Shown here: positions 18,865 through 28,000 of the stretch, piece after piece
Layout: each line of letters begins with the position of its first letter
Position numbering within the stretch: position 1 is the first letter of the stretch
Origin: a virus
Taxonomy: Duplodnaviria > Caudoviricetes
Length of the DNA: 60,395 nt
Virus record (IMG/VR): IMGVR_UViG_3300032116_000204
Span: 1 to 60,395 of that record
Reading direction: 5' to 3' (one strand)
Made by a program: the position numbers and the translations under genes
The notes under the pieces: model-generated
Seen by the model: the letters and a program-made list of their open reading frames with translations, nothing else
Database searches by the model: none
Told to the model about the DNA's origin: nothing

Positions 18865-20512
18865 CGATCACTCCTCCTTCGGCAAGTTGTCGTTGGACGT
18901 ATCCATCGGCCAGTTTGGCTGCGGCCGGTGACTTGATGCCAGCCTGCATCATTTCTTGCTGCTGTTGCTGTTGCATCATCTGCTGCACAGCTTCCTCTTC
19001 AGCCTGCAGTTCCTCGGCTGACTTCACCAGATTGGTGGTGTCGATGGACTCCGACGCAGCCAGGCGCATCAGAGCCTCGGACACGTTGATGTACTTGGCC
19101 GTGGCCTCTGCGCCCAGGGCCTGGTTCACCACGGTGAGGAAGTCGACCAGCTTGTTGCGGTCGTCGCCGCGGCCAATGGCTTCGAGTCCGGTGACCGGCT
19201 TGGGGCTGACGACAGACTTGCCGTCCACCTTGGGGAAGGCAGCCAGCTTGCGTTGCTTGCGCATCAAGTGCATCAGCCTGCGCACCAAGGGCAGCTGCAG
19301 TTCCTGGGTCAGGATGGAGTACAGGCCGCCGACACCAGCCTCCAGTTCCTGTGACATGTAGCGGATCTCCTCCGCGGTCACTCGTTCACCTGGTCGCTGG
19401 ATGGCGGTGTTCAGCAGGAAGGCGAACTGCAGGCGCTCCTCAATCCGCTGGATCATCTGCATCACGATGTTGAAGTCCTGCCCCTTCTGGGACTGGATCA
19501 CTGTGACGTCGTTGGCATTGCCCTGAACGATGGCCCCGTTGGGTGCGTTCTGCAGGGTGCGTGGCCTGGTGGTGCCGTTGGGGTTGACCAGGAACAGGAT
19601 CTTGGCGGCAGCAGCAGAGCCCTCGAGCATGGCCCGGTACAGGCCCTCGAGTGCAATCAGGTCGCCGTAATACTCCTCGACGTAGCCCCTGCCGTACTCT
19701 TCACCATCCACACGGTTGAACCGCAGGGGAATCCAAGGCGACACGTCGGCATCGCACTGGCCATGGGTGCCAGGGATCTCCTTACCCATGGCTTCCTGGT
19801 ACCAGTGGCACTTGCCGTGCTCGAACTCGACGCAGGTGTAGAGCTTGATGGACTTCTTGCCGGGGTCTGCCTCGTACTCCTCGCCCTGGTCGACCCACAC
19901 CTCATTGAGGAAGTCATCAGGCAGGGCTTCGGGGTAGACCTCCTCCTCCACCAGGATCTGCACCACGTTCCCCATCGGGTCACGCACCAGGCAGAACCTG
20001 TTGAAGTGGATCACCTTGACGCCATCGGCATCCACGTACAGCAGGACGTTGCCGCCCACCAGCAGGTGCTTGAAGGCTTCGTGCATCGAGGCCCTGCCGT
20101 TGGCAGTCTCGAACACTGACATCACTGCATGCTCGACCTTGACCAGGGCGGCATCCAGTTCGGACTTCACCTCCGGCCCTTGCTCTGCAACACGCAGTGC
20201 CAGGTCGTCCACCTCCAACTTGAAGAAGGCGGAGTTGGGAGGGAACAGGGTGATGAGCAGCTTGCTGGCCAGGTAGTTACAGCCGCGTGCGCCCAGGGAT
20301 TGGTAGGGGGTACGCAGGCTGCCCTTCTCAGTGCCGCCCTCGTCAGGGATCAGACCAGGGATGGTGACCTTGCTGCAGTCCCGGGCCCGCTGCAGGAACG
20401 CATTGCGATCTGTCGACAGCTGGCCGTACCGGGCGGCTGCCTTGCCCTGTTCGCCATCCTCGCTGTAGGGCTTGGATTGCCGGTCGACGCTGGCGGTGAG
20501 GTTCAGTTCCAC
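18821..20512 (-). CDS. Head-tail connector / portal protein (gp8-like), module A
   Basis: PYQSLGARGCNYLASKL..LFPPN, EEYGRGYVEEY, ERVTAEEIR motifs. Confidence 0.95.
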   Translation of the reverse strand: MELNLTASVDRQSKPYSEDGEQGKAAARYGQLSTDRNAFLQRARDCSKVTIPGLIPDEGGTEKGSLRTPYQSLGARGCNYLASKLLITLFPPNSAFFKLEVDDLALRVAEQGPEVKSELDAALVKVEHAVMSVFETANGRASMHEAFKHLLVGGNVLLYVDADGVKVIHFNRFCLVRDPMGNVVQILVEEEVYPEALPDDFLNEVWVDQGEEYEADPGKKSIKLYTCVEFEHGKCHWYQEAMGKEIPGTHGQCDADVSPWIPLRFNRVDGEEYGRGYVEEYYGDLIALEGLYRAMLEGSAAAAKILFLVNPNGTTRPRTLQNAPNGAIVQGNANDVTVIQSQKGQDFNIVMQMIQRIEERLQFAFLLNTAIQRPGERVTAEEIRYMSQELEAGVGGLYSILTQELQLPLVRRLMHLMRKQRKLAAFPKVDGKSVVSPKPVTGLEAIGRGDDRNKLVDFLTVVNQALGAEATAKYINVSEALMRLAASESIDTTNLVKSAEELQAEEEAVQQMMQQQQQQEMMQAGIKSPAAAKLADGYVQRQLAEGGVIDAPLNSPEGEQLPA

Positions 20513-20518
20513 TGGCTA

Positions 20519-21049
20519 TCAAGCGCCGGGGATGGACAAGCTGGTGCCACCGCCACCGGCCAGGCCCATGGCGTCAGTGCGGAACCGACGACGGCCGCGG
20601 CCCGTGGCCCTGACTTGCGGGGCAATCTCGAGAGAGGGCTTGGTGTCAGTGGCGCTGGGGTTGGGTGCTGGGGCAGGAGGCGCCTCGGCAATCCGCTTCT
20701 GTTCTGCAGCACGGGCAGCTGCTTCAGCCCTGGATTGTTCCAACTGTGCCCGCTGTTCAGCAGCTGCCGCCTCTTGGGCAGAGCGAAAGTCAGCCTGCTG
20801 CCTGGCGCTGGACTCTTGCTGGGCGCGGATGGCCTCAGCCTGGGCGGCACGTTGTGCGTTCATCTGCACCTCGTACTGCTGGCGGGCAGCCTCTTGTGCA
20901 GCACGCTGATCAGCCATCATCCGCTCCATGGCGGCCTGCTGCTGGGCTGCCTGCTCACGGGCTGCCTGCTCGGCACGGGTCTGAGCCGCGGCTTGATCAC
21001 GCTTGGCTTGCTCTGCTTGGTGCTGAGCCGCCCGCCCGCCTCCACACAT
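20519..21049 (-). CDS. gp7.3-like virion assembly protein, module A
   Basis: MCGG start, A/Q-rich coil, C-terminal GGGTSLSIP; directly upstream of the portal. Confidence 0.55.
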   Translation of the reverse strand: MCGGGRAAQHQAEQAKRDQAAAQTRAEQAAREQAAQQQAAMERMMADQRAAQEAARQQYEVQMNAQRAAQAEAIRAQQESSARQQADFRSAQEAAAAEQRAQLEQSRAEAAARAAEQKRIAEAPPAPAPNPSATDTKPSLEIAPQVRATGRGRRRFRTDAMGLAGGGGTSLSIPGA

Positions 21050-21051
21050 GG

Positions 21052-21231
21052 TTAATCCTCCTGCTGTTGCTCAAGATAAACGGCCTGCAACATGCGCACC
21101 ACGGAGCGTGATCCGACGTACATCCAAATCTCTCTGTCTGAAGCGTTGATGTCTGGGCACTTCTCGGGGAATAGCTCCTCGAGCTTCTTCACCAGAGCCT
21201 CATCAACAGGTGGGAACAGGTCGTCATCCAT
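21052..21231 (-). CDS. Small hypothetical protein (gp6.5 position), 59 aa
   Basis: Read manually: MDDDLFPPVDEALVKKLEELFPEKCP...YVGSRSVVRML; overlaps the exonuclease stop. Confidence 0.65.
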   Translation of the reverse strand: MDDDLFPPVDEALVKKLEELFPEKCPDINASDREIWMYVGSRSVVRMLQAVYLEQQQED

Positions 21232-21982
21232 TGGCTTTCATCGCAGGGTCAGCATCGGGATCCCACAGGTGGACAGTCCCGGCATGGAAGTCATAGTCCC
21301 CGTACCGCAGGATGCGAGCCAGGCGTGCATTCAGCAGTGCGTCCTTGAAGGTCAGACCCTCCTTGCGGTAGGCGGCCACCACCTTCTCCCACATGTCCGG
21401 CAGAGTGCCGGCTTCACCCAGGATCTTGGCGGCCTTGGCTGGGCCCACGCCCTTGATGCCGGGGTAGTTGTCGGTCGAGTCACCTGTAAGGGCCTGTGTC
21501 ATCCACACCCTGTTGGCCTGGGCGGGATGGATAGTCTCCACCTCGTCGCCGGCAAGGAGTGAGCACGGGACTGTGCGCATGTCCTTGTCGATGGACACGA
21601 TGATCGGATCCTTGTACAGGCCACTGGTGGCGAGCAGGGCCATGGTGTCGTCAGCTTCCAGGCCGACGCAGGTGCGGCTTTCGTATTGCTCAGCTGTCCA
21701 CTTGCGGATGTCCCGCAGGCCCAGGGGTTTGCGCTTGCCAATGCGGTTGGCCTTGTACTCGGAGTGCAGTTCGTGCCGGAAGGTGGGGTAGTCCGAGAAG
21801 CACATCACCACGTCGTTGTGTCCGCTGACCTCACGCCAGTAGGACAGGCGCATGGTGATGTAGTCCTTCACGTCTGCCTGCTCGAGGTGAAGGGTGTTGA
21901 TCCATTCATCCCAGCGGATGTCGCATTCACATGCGGCGCAACCGGCATAGATCAGGTGGTCGGCGTCGATGAGCAGAGTCAT
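21224..21982 (-). CDS. 5'-3' exonuclease (gp6-like)
   Basis: LLIDAD, YKANR, LEADD, SIDKD, GDSTDNYPGIKGVG motifs; start re-called at ATG 21982. Confidence 0.92.
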   Translation of the reverse strand: MTLLIDADHLIYAGCAACECDIRWDEWINTLHLEQADVKDYITMRLSYWREVSGHNDVVMCFSDYPTFRHELHSEYKANRIGKRKPLGLRDIRKWTAEQYESRTCVGLEADDTMALLATSGLYKDPIIVSIDKDMRTVPCSLLAGDEVETIHPAQANRVWMTQALTGDSTDNYPGIKGVGPAKAAKILGEAGTLPDMWEKVVAAYRKEGLTFKDALLNARLARILRYGDYDFHAGTVHLWDPDADPAMKANG

Positions 21983-22611
21983 TCGTTGATCCAGTTGAGG
22001 GCGAGGGCGATGGCGGGGAACTTGGCCGCAAAGGCAGAGCGGCACTGCTTAGCGATGAGGCGGTGCTCCAGCTGTGTCTCGGGTCCACAGCGCAGCTCGA
22101 TGTAGTGGATCCAGCTGCGCAGGGTGCCATGCATGTACAGCGTGGTCGGGGTGCAGAGCGGCAGGATGCGGCGTGCTGTCTCCTTGGCCACGCCGGCGGC
22201 GAGCATGTCCTGGTAGGTGAGGTACATGTTGCGGATCAGTACAGCGGCCTGCGTGCTGAACCGCTGCTTCAGCTCCTCGGGTAGATCGTCGTGACTGGAC
22301 TGCCGGTTCTTTGAGTCCTGCCTGCGGAACGCGGGGATCTCAGCCAATGCAGTTTGTGCATAGCGGGTGCTGAACTCCTGGAAGGAGAACGACCTGTGTC
22401 GCAGGCACTGGGCAGCAATGTCCCGCTCGGTCTCGATCTTCAGGCACAGGCTGGCCATCTCGAATGGGGACCAGTGCTTGTGCTTAATCAGGTAGCTGAT
22501 CAGCCGGGGCGCAGTGTCGGGGTTGCCCTGGTTGGCTGGGTTGCTGACCCGGGCCATGTCGACGATGAGGCCCTCGGCATCAGGGGTGCAGTGGATGAAG
22601 GTGACAGTCAT
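21979..22611 (-). CDS. thyX: Flavin-dependent thymidylate synthase
   Basis: ARVSNP, HWSPFE, RHRSFSFQEFSTRY ThyX signature, TQLEHR; start re-called at ATG 22611. Confidence 0.93.
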   Translation of the reverse strand: MTVTFIHCTPDAEGLIVDMARVSNPANQGNPDTAPRLISYLIKHKHWSPFEMASLCLKIETERDIAAQCLRHRSFSFQEFSTRYAQTALAEIPAFRRQDSKNRQSSHDDLPEELKQRFSTQAAVLIRNMYLTYQDMLAAGVAKETARRILPLCTPTTLYMHGTLRSWIHYIELRCGPETQLEHRLIAKQCRSAFAAKFPAIALALNWINE

Positions 22612-22835
22612 GCGGGGTTGAAGGAGATGCGCTTGTAGTCGCTCTTGAGGGCAAGGCCAGTAAGGCCCTCGGAATCTCTGGTGTGGTTCAGGGCATAGGG
22701 GGGAAGGGGCACCTCCACCGTGTACCAGCCGTGGCCACAGACCCGGCACTTCTTCCGGCGGATGGTGGTACTGCTGCCGTCCTGCCTGGTCATGCCAGTG
22801 CGGATCAGGGTGCTATCGCATTCGGGGCACTTCAT
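22608..22835 (-). CDS. Zinc-ribbon protein resembling the NrdR N-terminal domain
   Basis: MKCPEC...IRRKKCRVCG..WYTVE; no ATP-cone. Confidence 0.7.
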   Translation of the reverse strand: MKCPECDSTLIRTGMTRQDGSSTTIRRKKCRVCGHGWYTVEVPLPPYALNHTRDSEGLTGLALKSDYKRISFNPA

Positions 22836-24445
22836 CAGGTTCCGAAGTAGGTGGACATGGGTACGACCAGCCGGCCTGTGTCTTGGTCGTAGAGGAGCTT
22901 GTCGACCAGGCCGGTCTGGCCGCTGAAGCGGTTCTTGAGGACACGCAGCTGGAGCTCGTTGCGTTCAGCAGGGTCGCCCTGCTGGTTGCGCTCGGCACCG
23001 ATGCAGATGTCCGACAGCTGCGCAATGGCGTGGCTGCCCCTCAGCTGGGAGAGGGATGTCTGTGCCCCTTCCTCGTGGCCGCGGCCTTCCGGTCGCTTGA
23101 GGTGGGACACCAGGATCAGGCCGACACCTGTCTGCTCCACCAGCTGGCGCAGCTTGGTGCAGGTGACGTCGATGGCACGGCGCTCGTCCAGGTCAGAGAG
23201 GCCACTGATCACGATGGTCAAGTGATCGAGCACCACCATGTCGGCACCTTCGCCATCGGCCAGGTACCGGATCTTGTTGATCAGGTGGTCGGGGTCCATC
23301 GAACCGAAGTGGTCGTACAGGAAGCAGCGACCGGTGCCGAACACACGGTCGAAGCCATCCCGCATCTCCTCCTGTGTGACCAGGTTGGGGTCCAGGTGGA
23401 TGGGCTTGCCCAGCTCGAGGCCCACGATCCCCTGCATGGTCCGCTGGATGGATTCCTCAAGGGCGATGTAGCCCACCTTCAACCCGTTGCGCAGGAAGTG
23501 GTGGGCGATGTGCCTGCAGATGGATGACTTGCCGACACCGGAGCCGGCGGCCAGCGTCGTCATCTCCCCCTTGCGGAAGCCAAGGGTCATGCGATCCAGT
23601 TGCGGCCAGGGGTAGTTGCACACAGCGGTGGCACCGGGGCGGACCAGCTCATCCCACAGCTCGCTGGCGTTGACGATGCCATCAGGCCTGGATGGTGTGG
23701 CCTTCCACAGCAGGTCGCGGAGCTTGTCGCCCTCGCCTGCCTGGAGCATCTCGTTGGCGTCCTTGCGTGGCAGGTGGCAGATGGCCACCTTGCCCAGGGG
23801 TAGGACTGCCAGTGAATCCTCGGCGGCCTGGCGACCAGGCTCGTCGTTGTCAAAGCACAGGACAATGCGGCTGAACTGGCCCAGCCATTCGGCATTGGCG
23901 GCCAGGTACTTCTTGGCGGACTGCGCACCGTTGGGCAGGGACACCACGGGGAACTTGTTGCCCTGCACCTGCGAGACCGACATGCAGTCGATCTCACCCT
24001 CGGTCACCACGCAGAACAGGTTGCTGCCGCCGCCGTGGCCCTGGCGCCAGAGGTGCTGGCCCCAGAGCTGCATGTTGCTGGTATCACCCAGCCAGCGGAA
24101 CTTCTTGTCGGGGTATCGCAGGTGCTGAGCCACCCGATCTCCCTTCTTGTTCCGGTACTCAGCGACCTGGACGGTGGCGCCCTGGTGCATGGAGTAGCCG
24201 TAGTTGAACAGCTTGCAGGTGTCGAGGCTGATGCCCCTCTTCTCCAGTGGCTTGAGCTCTAGGAAGTCGAGAAGCGGCGTCGGTGGTGGCGCCATGGGTT
24301 GGATCCGTGGTGGGTGTGGGTCCTTCTTCGGCTGCTCTTGGTAGCCGCAGCCAAAGCAATGGAGATGGCCGTCGTCAAAGCGGGCGGCGTTGTCCTTGCT
24401 GTTGCACTCGGGACAGGGCTCGTGCTTCAGAAACTTGCTGGGCAT
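22835..24445 (-). CDS. DNA primase/helicase (gp4-like)
   Basis: CPEC..CFGC zinc domain, TEGEID and FDNDEPG TOPRIM motifs, GSGVGKS Walker A, LDHL, LRGS, KNRFSG; start re-called at ATG 24445. Confidence 0.95.
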   Translation of the reverse strand: MPSKFLKHEPCPECNSKDNAARFDDGHLHCFGCGYQEQPKKDPHPPRIQPMAPPPTPLLDFLELKPLEKRGISLDTCKLFNYGYSMHQGATVQVAEYRNKKGDRVAQHLRYPDKKFRWLGDTSNMQLWGQHLWRQGHGGGSNLFCVVTEGEIDCMSVSQVQGNKFPVVSLPNGAQSAKKYLAANAEWLGQFSRIVLCFDNDEPGRQAAEDSLAVLPLGKVAICHLPRKDANEMLQAGEGDKLRDLLWKATPSRPDGIVNASELWDELVRPGATAVCNYPWPQLDRMTLGFRKGEMTTLAAGSGVGKSSICRHIAHHFLRNGLKVGYIALEESIQRTMQGIVGLELGKPIHLDPNLVTQEEMRDGFDRVFGTGRCFLYDHFGSMDPDHLINKIRYLADGEGADMVVLDHLTIVISGLSDLDERRAIDVTCTKLRQLVEQTGVGLILVSHLKRPEGRGHEEGAQTSLSQLRGSHAIAQLSDICIGAERNQQGDPAERNELQLRVLKNRFSGQTGLVDKLLYDQDTGRLVVPMSTYFGT

Positions 24446-24807
24446 GCGAACCAGGTGGTGGGTATGTGGCCTTCGCACCAGAGAAACCCATGCCGCTCGG
24501 CCCACTGCCAGTAGGTCAGGGCCTTGGGCGCACGGGATAGGCGCACGTCGGCGTTCTGGAAGCAGAGTCGGATGTCAAGCTCCGGGTGCTGCGCCTTGAC
24601 GGCCAACATCTTGCGACGGTCCTCGGGCGGGAAGTGCCCTTTGGTCTCAACCACCACCCCGTTGGGCAGACAGAAGTCCGGGGTGTATGTGGCTTCAATC
24701 CGGTAGAGAAGGGCCTGCTCCTCGTAGTTGAAGGGAAGGCCCCGCTTCTTCAATGAAGCAGCGACTGCTGCCTCGAACTTGGAGCGGTACTCAGAAGTCC
24801 GGAACAT
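24427..24807 (-). CDS. Endonuclease I / Holliday junction resolvase (gp3-like)
   Basis: YRSKFE, YTPDF.LPNG..VETKG, DRRKML.VK.QHP.LDIR; start re-called at ATG 24807. Confidence 0.92.
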   Translation of the reverse strand: MFRTSEYRSKFEAAVAASLKKRGLPFNYEEQALLYRIEATYTPDFCLPNGVVVETKGHFPPEDRRKMLAVKAQHPELDIRLCFQNADVRLSRAPKALTYWQWAERHGFLWCEGHIPTTWFACPASF

Positions 24808-25429
24808 CTTCTGGGATGCTGGCGGTCGAGTCCCAGGGCACGGCTTCGCTGCTGACGCCCGGTGTCCAGCCTTCCTCCTGCCCGAATCCGAAGCTCTCGG
24901 CACTGCCGCCACCCTCCACCAGGTCGATGATCTGGACCGCACGCAGTCTGAGCGTGATGCCAGCACCGATGGCAGCTTGATAGAAGGGGCAGGCATCGAA
25001 GGAGATGCGACCCGTCGTGCCCGACCACATGCCCTTGATAGTGTCGCGGTCCTTGATGACACCACCCCGTGCATCGAACAGGGCAGGAGCAGCAGACCAT
25101 GCACGGCCATCACGGTCGATGCCCTTGGCTTTCATCTTGCTCTTGACCACGAAGTACGGGGTGCTGTCGATCTCCTCGTACCCATAGGGCAGATCGGACA
25201 GCTTGAACTTCTGGGTGGGGGCCTGTGCCTTCAGTGATTCCTTGTGCCTGGCCAGCAGGTCGTCCAGTTGACCGGCCACTGCATCAGCGGCAGTGGGGTC
25301 GAGCAGTCCGACGATCTTGTACACACCCTCAGGGTTGAACTTTGTCTCAGGTTCAATGAGCTTGGGATACTGAAACTTGCAGACAGGAGTGGTGACACGA
25401 ACCTTGTCGATGAGATTGAAGATGCTCAT
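24791..25429 (-). CDS. Single-stranded DNA-binding protein (gp2.5-like)
   Basis: YPKL..P.TKF, GITLRLRAVQIIDL, acidic tail ending in F; synteny. Confidence 0.85.
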   Translation of the reverse strand: MSIFNLIDKVRVTTPVCKFQYPKLIEPETKFNPEGVYKIVGLLDPTAADAVAGQLDDLLARHKESLKAQAPTQKFKLSDLPYGYEEIDSTPYFVVKSKMKAKGIDRDGRAWSAAPALFDARGGVIKDRDTIKGMWSGTTGRISFDACPFYQAAIGAGITLRLRAVQIIDLVEGGGSAESFGFGQEEGWTPGVSSEAVPWDSTASIPEDVPDF

Positions 25430-27861
25430 GTGATGAAGTAGTTGGCGTTGCGGACGTGGTTGACATCCAGCCCGCCCAATGTAGGGCGAGCGGATAGTTT
25501 CTGTAGCACATCTGGGGGCAGCTGTTGCAGAAGTTCATCTGCCAGCAGCGTGAACCAGTCGGTGGAGTACAGGTCAGCGAAGGAGTTGCGGACACAATCC
25601 CTCACCGTCTCCATCTCAGCGGCAGTCGTGGCGAAGCAGTCGTGGATCCCTCCCAAATTGCGCACCCCAGCGTGGAATGCAGTGATCGTGGCGAACGCCA
25701 TGTGGCTGGCGTCCAGCGAGTGGATGACGTTAGGGCTGAGGCCATTGCCCATCCGCTTGGGGTTGAGCCCCTTGGGGATGTGGTTGGTGAGCAGCTCCAT
25801 CGGCACAGACGACAGGTGGTACAGGCGGATGCGTGTACCCGTGAAGTCCATGTACTTGTGGTGGACGTGCAGCCCTGATGGCGACGTCCAGTGCAGGTCG
25901 ATGCCTGCCTCCCCTGCCAGCTGGCCCACCCTCTTCAGCCAGGTCATGGCCTCCTTGGCCGGGGCGATCAGCTTGCTGGTCTCCCGGTACAGGATCGTGG
26001 CCATGTAGTGCATAGCTGCCATGGCCCCCTTCTTGAAGCACCAGCCATCGCTGCCATAGAGCTCGAGCGTGCGCTCGAAGGCCCACTGCTGGCAGAAGTG
26101 GAACACCGCCTGGCGGGTGGCTGAGTAGGGCAGGGTCATCACCACCGGCTTGGCCAGGGTGCGATCAGGCTGCAGCTGCAACCAGCTCTGGGCATGCGGG
26201 TCACCAGCTGCTGCGTCGTTGCGCAATAGCTCGAGCACCTGGGCCAGCACTGCGGTGTAGATGTCCTGCGGTGTCTCGCTGGACTTCAGGTTCACCAGCT
26301 CTGCCATCTCCTCACTGCGCAGCAATGCGGCGTAGTGCTGGATTCCGCTGCAGGTGCAGTCCAGAACGACAGGCAGGTGGCTGATGTAGCCGTAGCCATG
26401 GGCGCTGAACTGCTGGTACTCACGGCAGAAAGCGAGGAACTGCCAGGGGTCGGAAGCCTTGGTCCACCAGTCGGCATAGCCCCATGGGTCACGGCCTGCC
26501 GCCTCGATCTGCAGCTGGTGCTGATGCACCCAGTCCAGTCGGGCCTGCCAGGTCAGCTTGCTGTGGCCGAACAGGTTGGCGCCATGCACCCGCAGCCAGT
26601 CGGCCTCCCGCTCGGTGCGGATGGGCGTGCCATTGGCGAACAGCAGCAGGCCACGGCCCACGTCGTTGCCCTGTGGGTTCACGAACGGGGGTCGGTAGTA
26701 ATACCTACCCCTGAAATCCAACTGCATGGGGAAGTACATGGCTGGCTCCTCGAGGAACCGGCGTGCAATCCACAGCTGCTTGGCCGTCACGATGCGGCGG
26801 TTACGACTGCGGTCGTTCTGTTCATGCAGCTGCCTGGCGTTGAACTTCCAGGCCGCCACGTCGGGGTGGTCATCAGGCAGGTGCTTGGGATAGGGCGGGA
26901 TCTCGTACCCCTCCCGTGGCAGCAGGCACCCGATGCCCAGGCTCTTGTCCCATGCGTGCTGCACCTGCTCGAGCAGCCAGCCGTTGATCCGATAGGCGAC
27001 CGTCTGCTGCAAGTTGGCAGCCACAACGAAGGCCTCGTCCCCGGTGCAGTGCTCGGCTGCCTCTTCGTTCCCGCTCTTGAGCAGGGTGTTGAAGGGAACC
27101 TCAGTGAAGTAGCCCCCCTCGTATGGGTTCAGCCAGTCCCTGGGCGGCAGCACCATGGGCAGGGAGAAGGGACACAGCGCCTTCTGTGTCTCCTCCACCT
27201 GGCGGATCCATTCCATGCAGGCCTGCGTGGCACGCACGCACTTCACCCTGCGGCCGGTGCCGGAGTCGAGGAACAGCTCGATCAGTCCGGTGTGCTCGGC
27301 CACCAGGTGGATGAGGAACACGCCAGTCGACAGCCGCTCCTGTGGAGTCCAGGCCACGGTGTTCTGCATGCGACGCACGTCGGCCTGCTTGTGGGTCAGG
27401 CGACCACGCACCTTGGCGTGGTGCTTGCGCTCCCACACGGTGGCCCGGGCCAGCATGGTCTCCATCCACAGCATGTCTGCCAGGTGGTAGGCCAGGGCAT
27501 GCAGCTTGGTGGTGTGGGTGATCTGGTCGAGCACCACCCGGGCAGCAGTGGCCGCGGCCTTCTTGGGTGACAGCTGCAGCAGCGGGCCCAGGTAGGCATA
27601 GGTCCGGCCTGCCTTGCCCTGCTCCATCTGGCGGCGGTGATGGGCCAGCACGCCCACCACCTTGTCGACACCCACTGCAGTCAGGGCCTCCCCGTACTTG
27701 GAGAGGGACTCCATGCGTGCAGCCCTGCGGTTGTTGGTGATCAGCTCCTGTCGATCAGCCCCCAGCTGGAACATCTCAGCCTCGAGGGCCAGCTGATCAG
27801 CCTCCTCTCGGCAACAAGATGGAGATGGGGACGCGCGGATCACGTCCGATTGGTTGGTCAT
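25426..27861 (-). CDS. Single-subunit phage RNA polymerase (gp1-like)
   Basis: DFRGRYY, motif A DCTCSGIQH, motif B RTLAKPVVMTLPY, PNVIHSLDASH, motif C IHDCF. Confidence 0.95.
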   Translation of the reverse strand: MTNQSDVIRASPSPSCCREEADQLALEAEMFQLGADRQELITNNRRAARMESLSKYGEALTAVGVDKVVGVLAHHRRQMEQGKAGRTYAYLGPLLQLSPKKAAATAARVVLDQITHTTKLHALAYHLADMLWMETMLARATVWERKHHAKVRGRLTHKQADVRRMQNTVAWTPQERLSTGVFLIHLVAEHTGLIELFLDSGTGRRVKCVRATQACMEWIRQVEETQKALCPFSLPMVLPPRDWLNPYEGGYFTEVPFNTLLKSGNEEAAEHCTGDEAFVVAANLQQTVAYRINGWLLEQVQHAWDKSLGIGCLLPREGYEIPPYPKHLPDDHPDVAAWKFNARQLHEQNDRSRNRRIVTAKQLWIARRFLEEPAMYFPMQLDFRGRYYYRPPFVNPQGNDVGRGLLLFANGTPIRTEREADWLRVHGANLFGHSKLTWQARLDWVHQHQLQIEAAGRDPWGYADWWTKASDPWQFLAFCREYQQFSAHGYGYISHLPVVLDCTCSGIQHYAALLRSEEMAELVNLKSSETPQDIYTAVLAQVLELLRNDAAAGDPHAQSWLQLQPDRTLAKPVVMTLPYSATRQAVFHFCQQWAFERTLELYGSDGWCFKKGAMAAMHYMATILYRETSKLIAPAKEAMTWLKRVGQLAGEAGIDLHWTSPSGLHVHHKYMDFTGTRIRLYHLSSVPMELLTNHIPKGLNPKRMGNGLSPNVIHSLDASHMAFATITAFHAGVRNLGGIHDCFATTAAEMETVRDCVRNSFADLYSTDWFTLLADELLQQLPPDVLQKLSARPTLGGLDVNHVRNANYFIT

Positions 27862-27916
27862 TCCCGTGGAAAATCATGGAGTTAGGGAATGACGAGAGGT
27901 TCAGTGGAGCCCGGGT

Positions 27917-27961
27917 CTCATAATCCGTTGGTGCCGGGTTCGACTCCCGGGGGGCCCACCA
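27917..27961 (+). other. att site core: 3' half of a tRNA with CAT anticodon (Ile2/Met type)
   Basis: CTCATAA loop, T-arm CCGGG-TTCGACT-CCCGG, acceptor strand GGGGCCC-A-CCA; no intact 5' half; lies between integrase stop and RNAP start. Confidence 0.85.
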
Positions 27962-28000
27962 AAACTCCCGCCGAATCAGGCACTTAGCTGTGCCCACTTT

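Noticed and set aside
27885-27961. Complete phage-encoded tRNA
   Set aside because: The 5' acceptor strand, D-arm and 5' anticodon stem do not pair; only the 3' half is present, so it is called as att
27917-27961. Host assignment
   Set aside because: Several genes look cyanopodophage-like to me, but I cannot reliably assign the tRNA fragment to a taxon without a BLAST search
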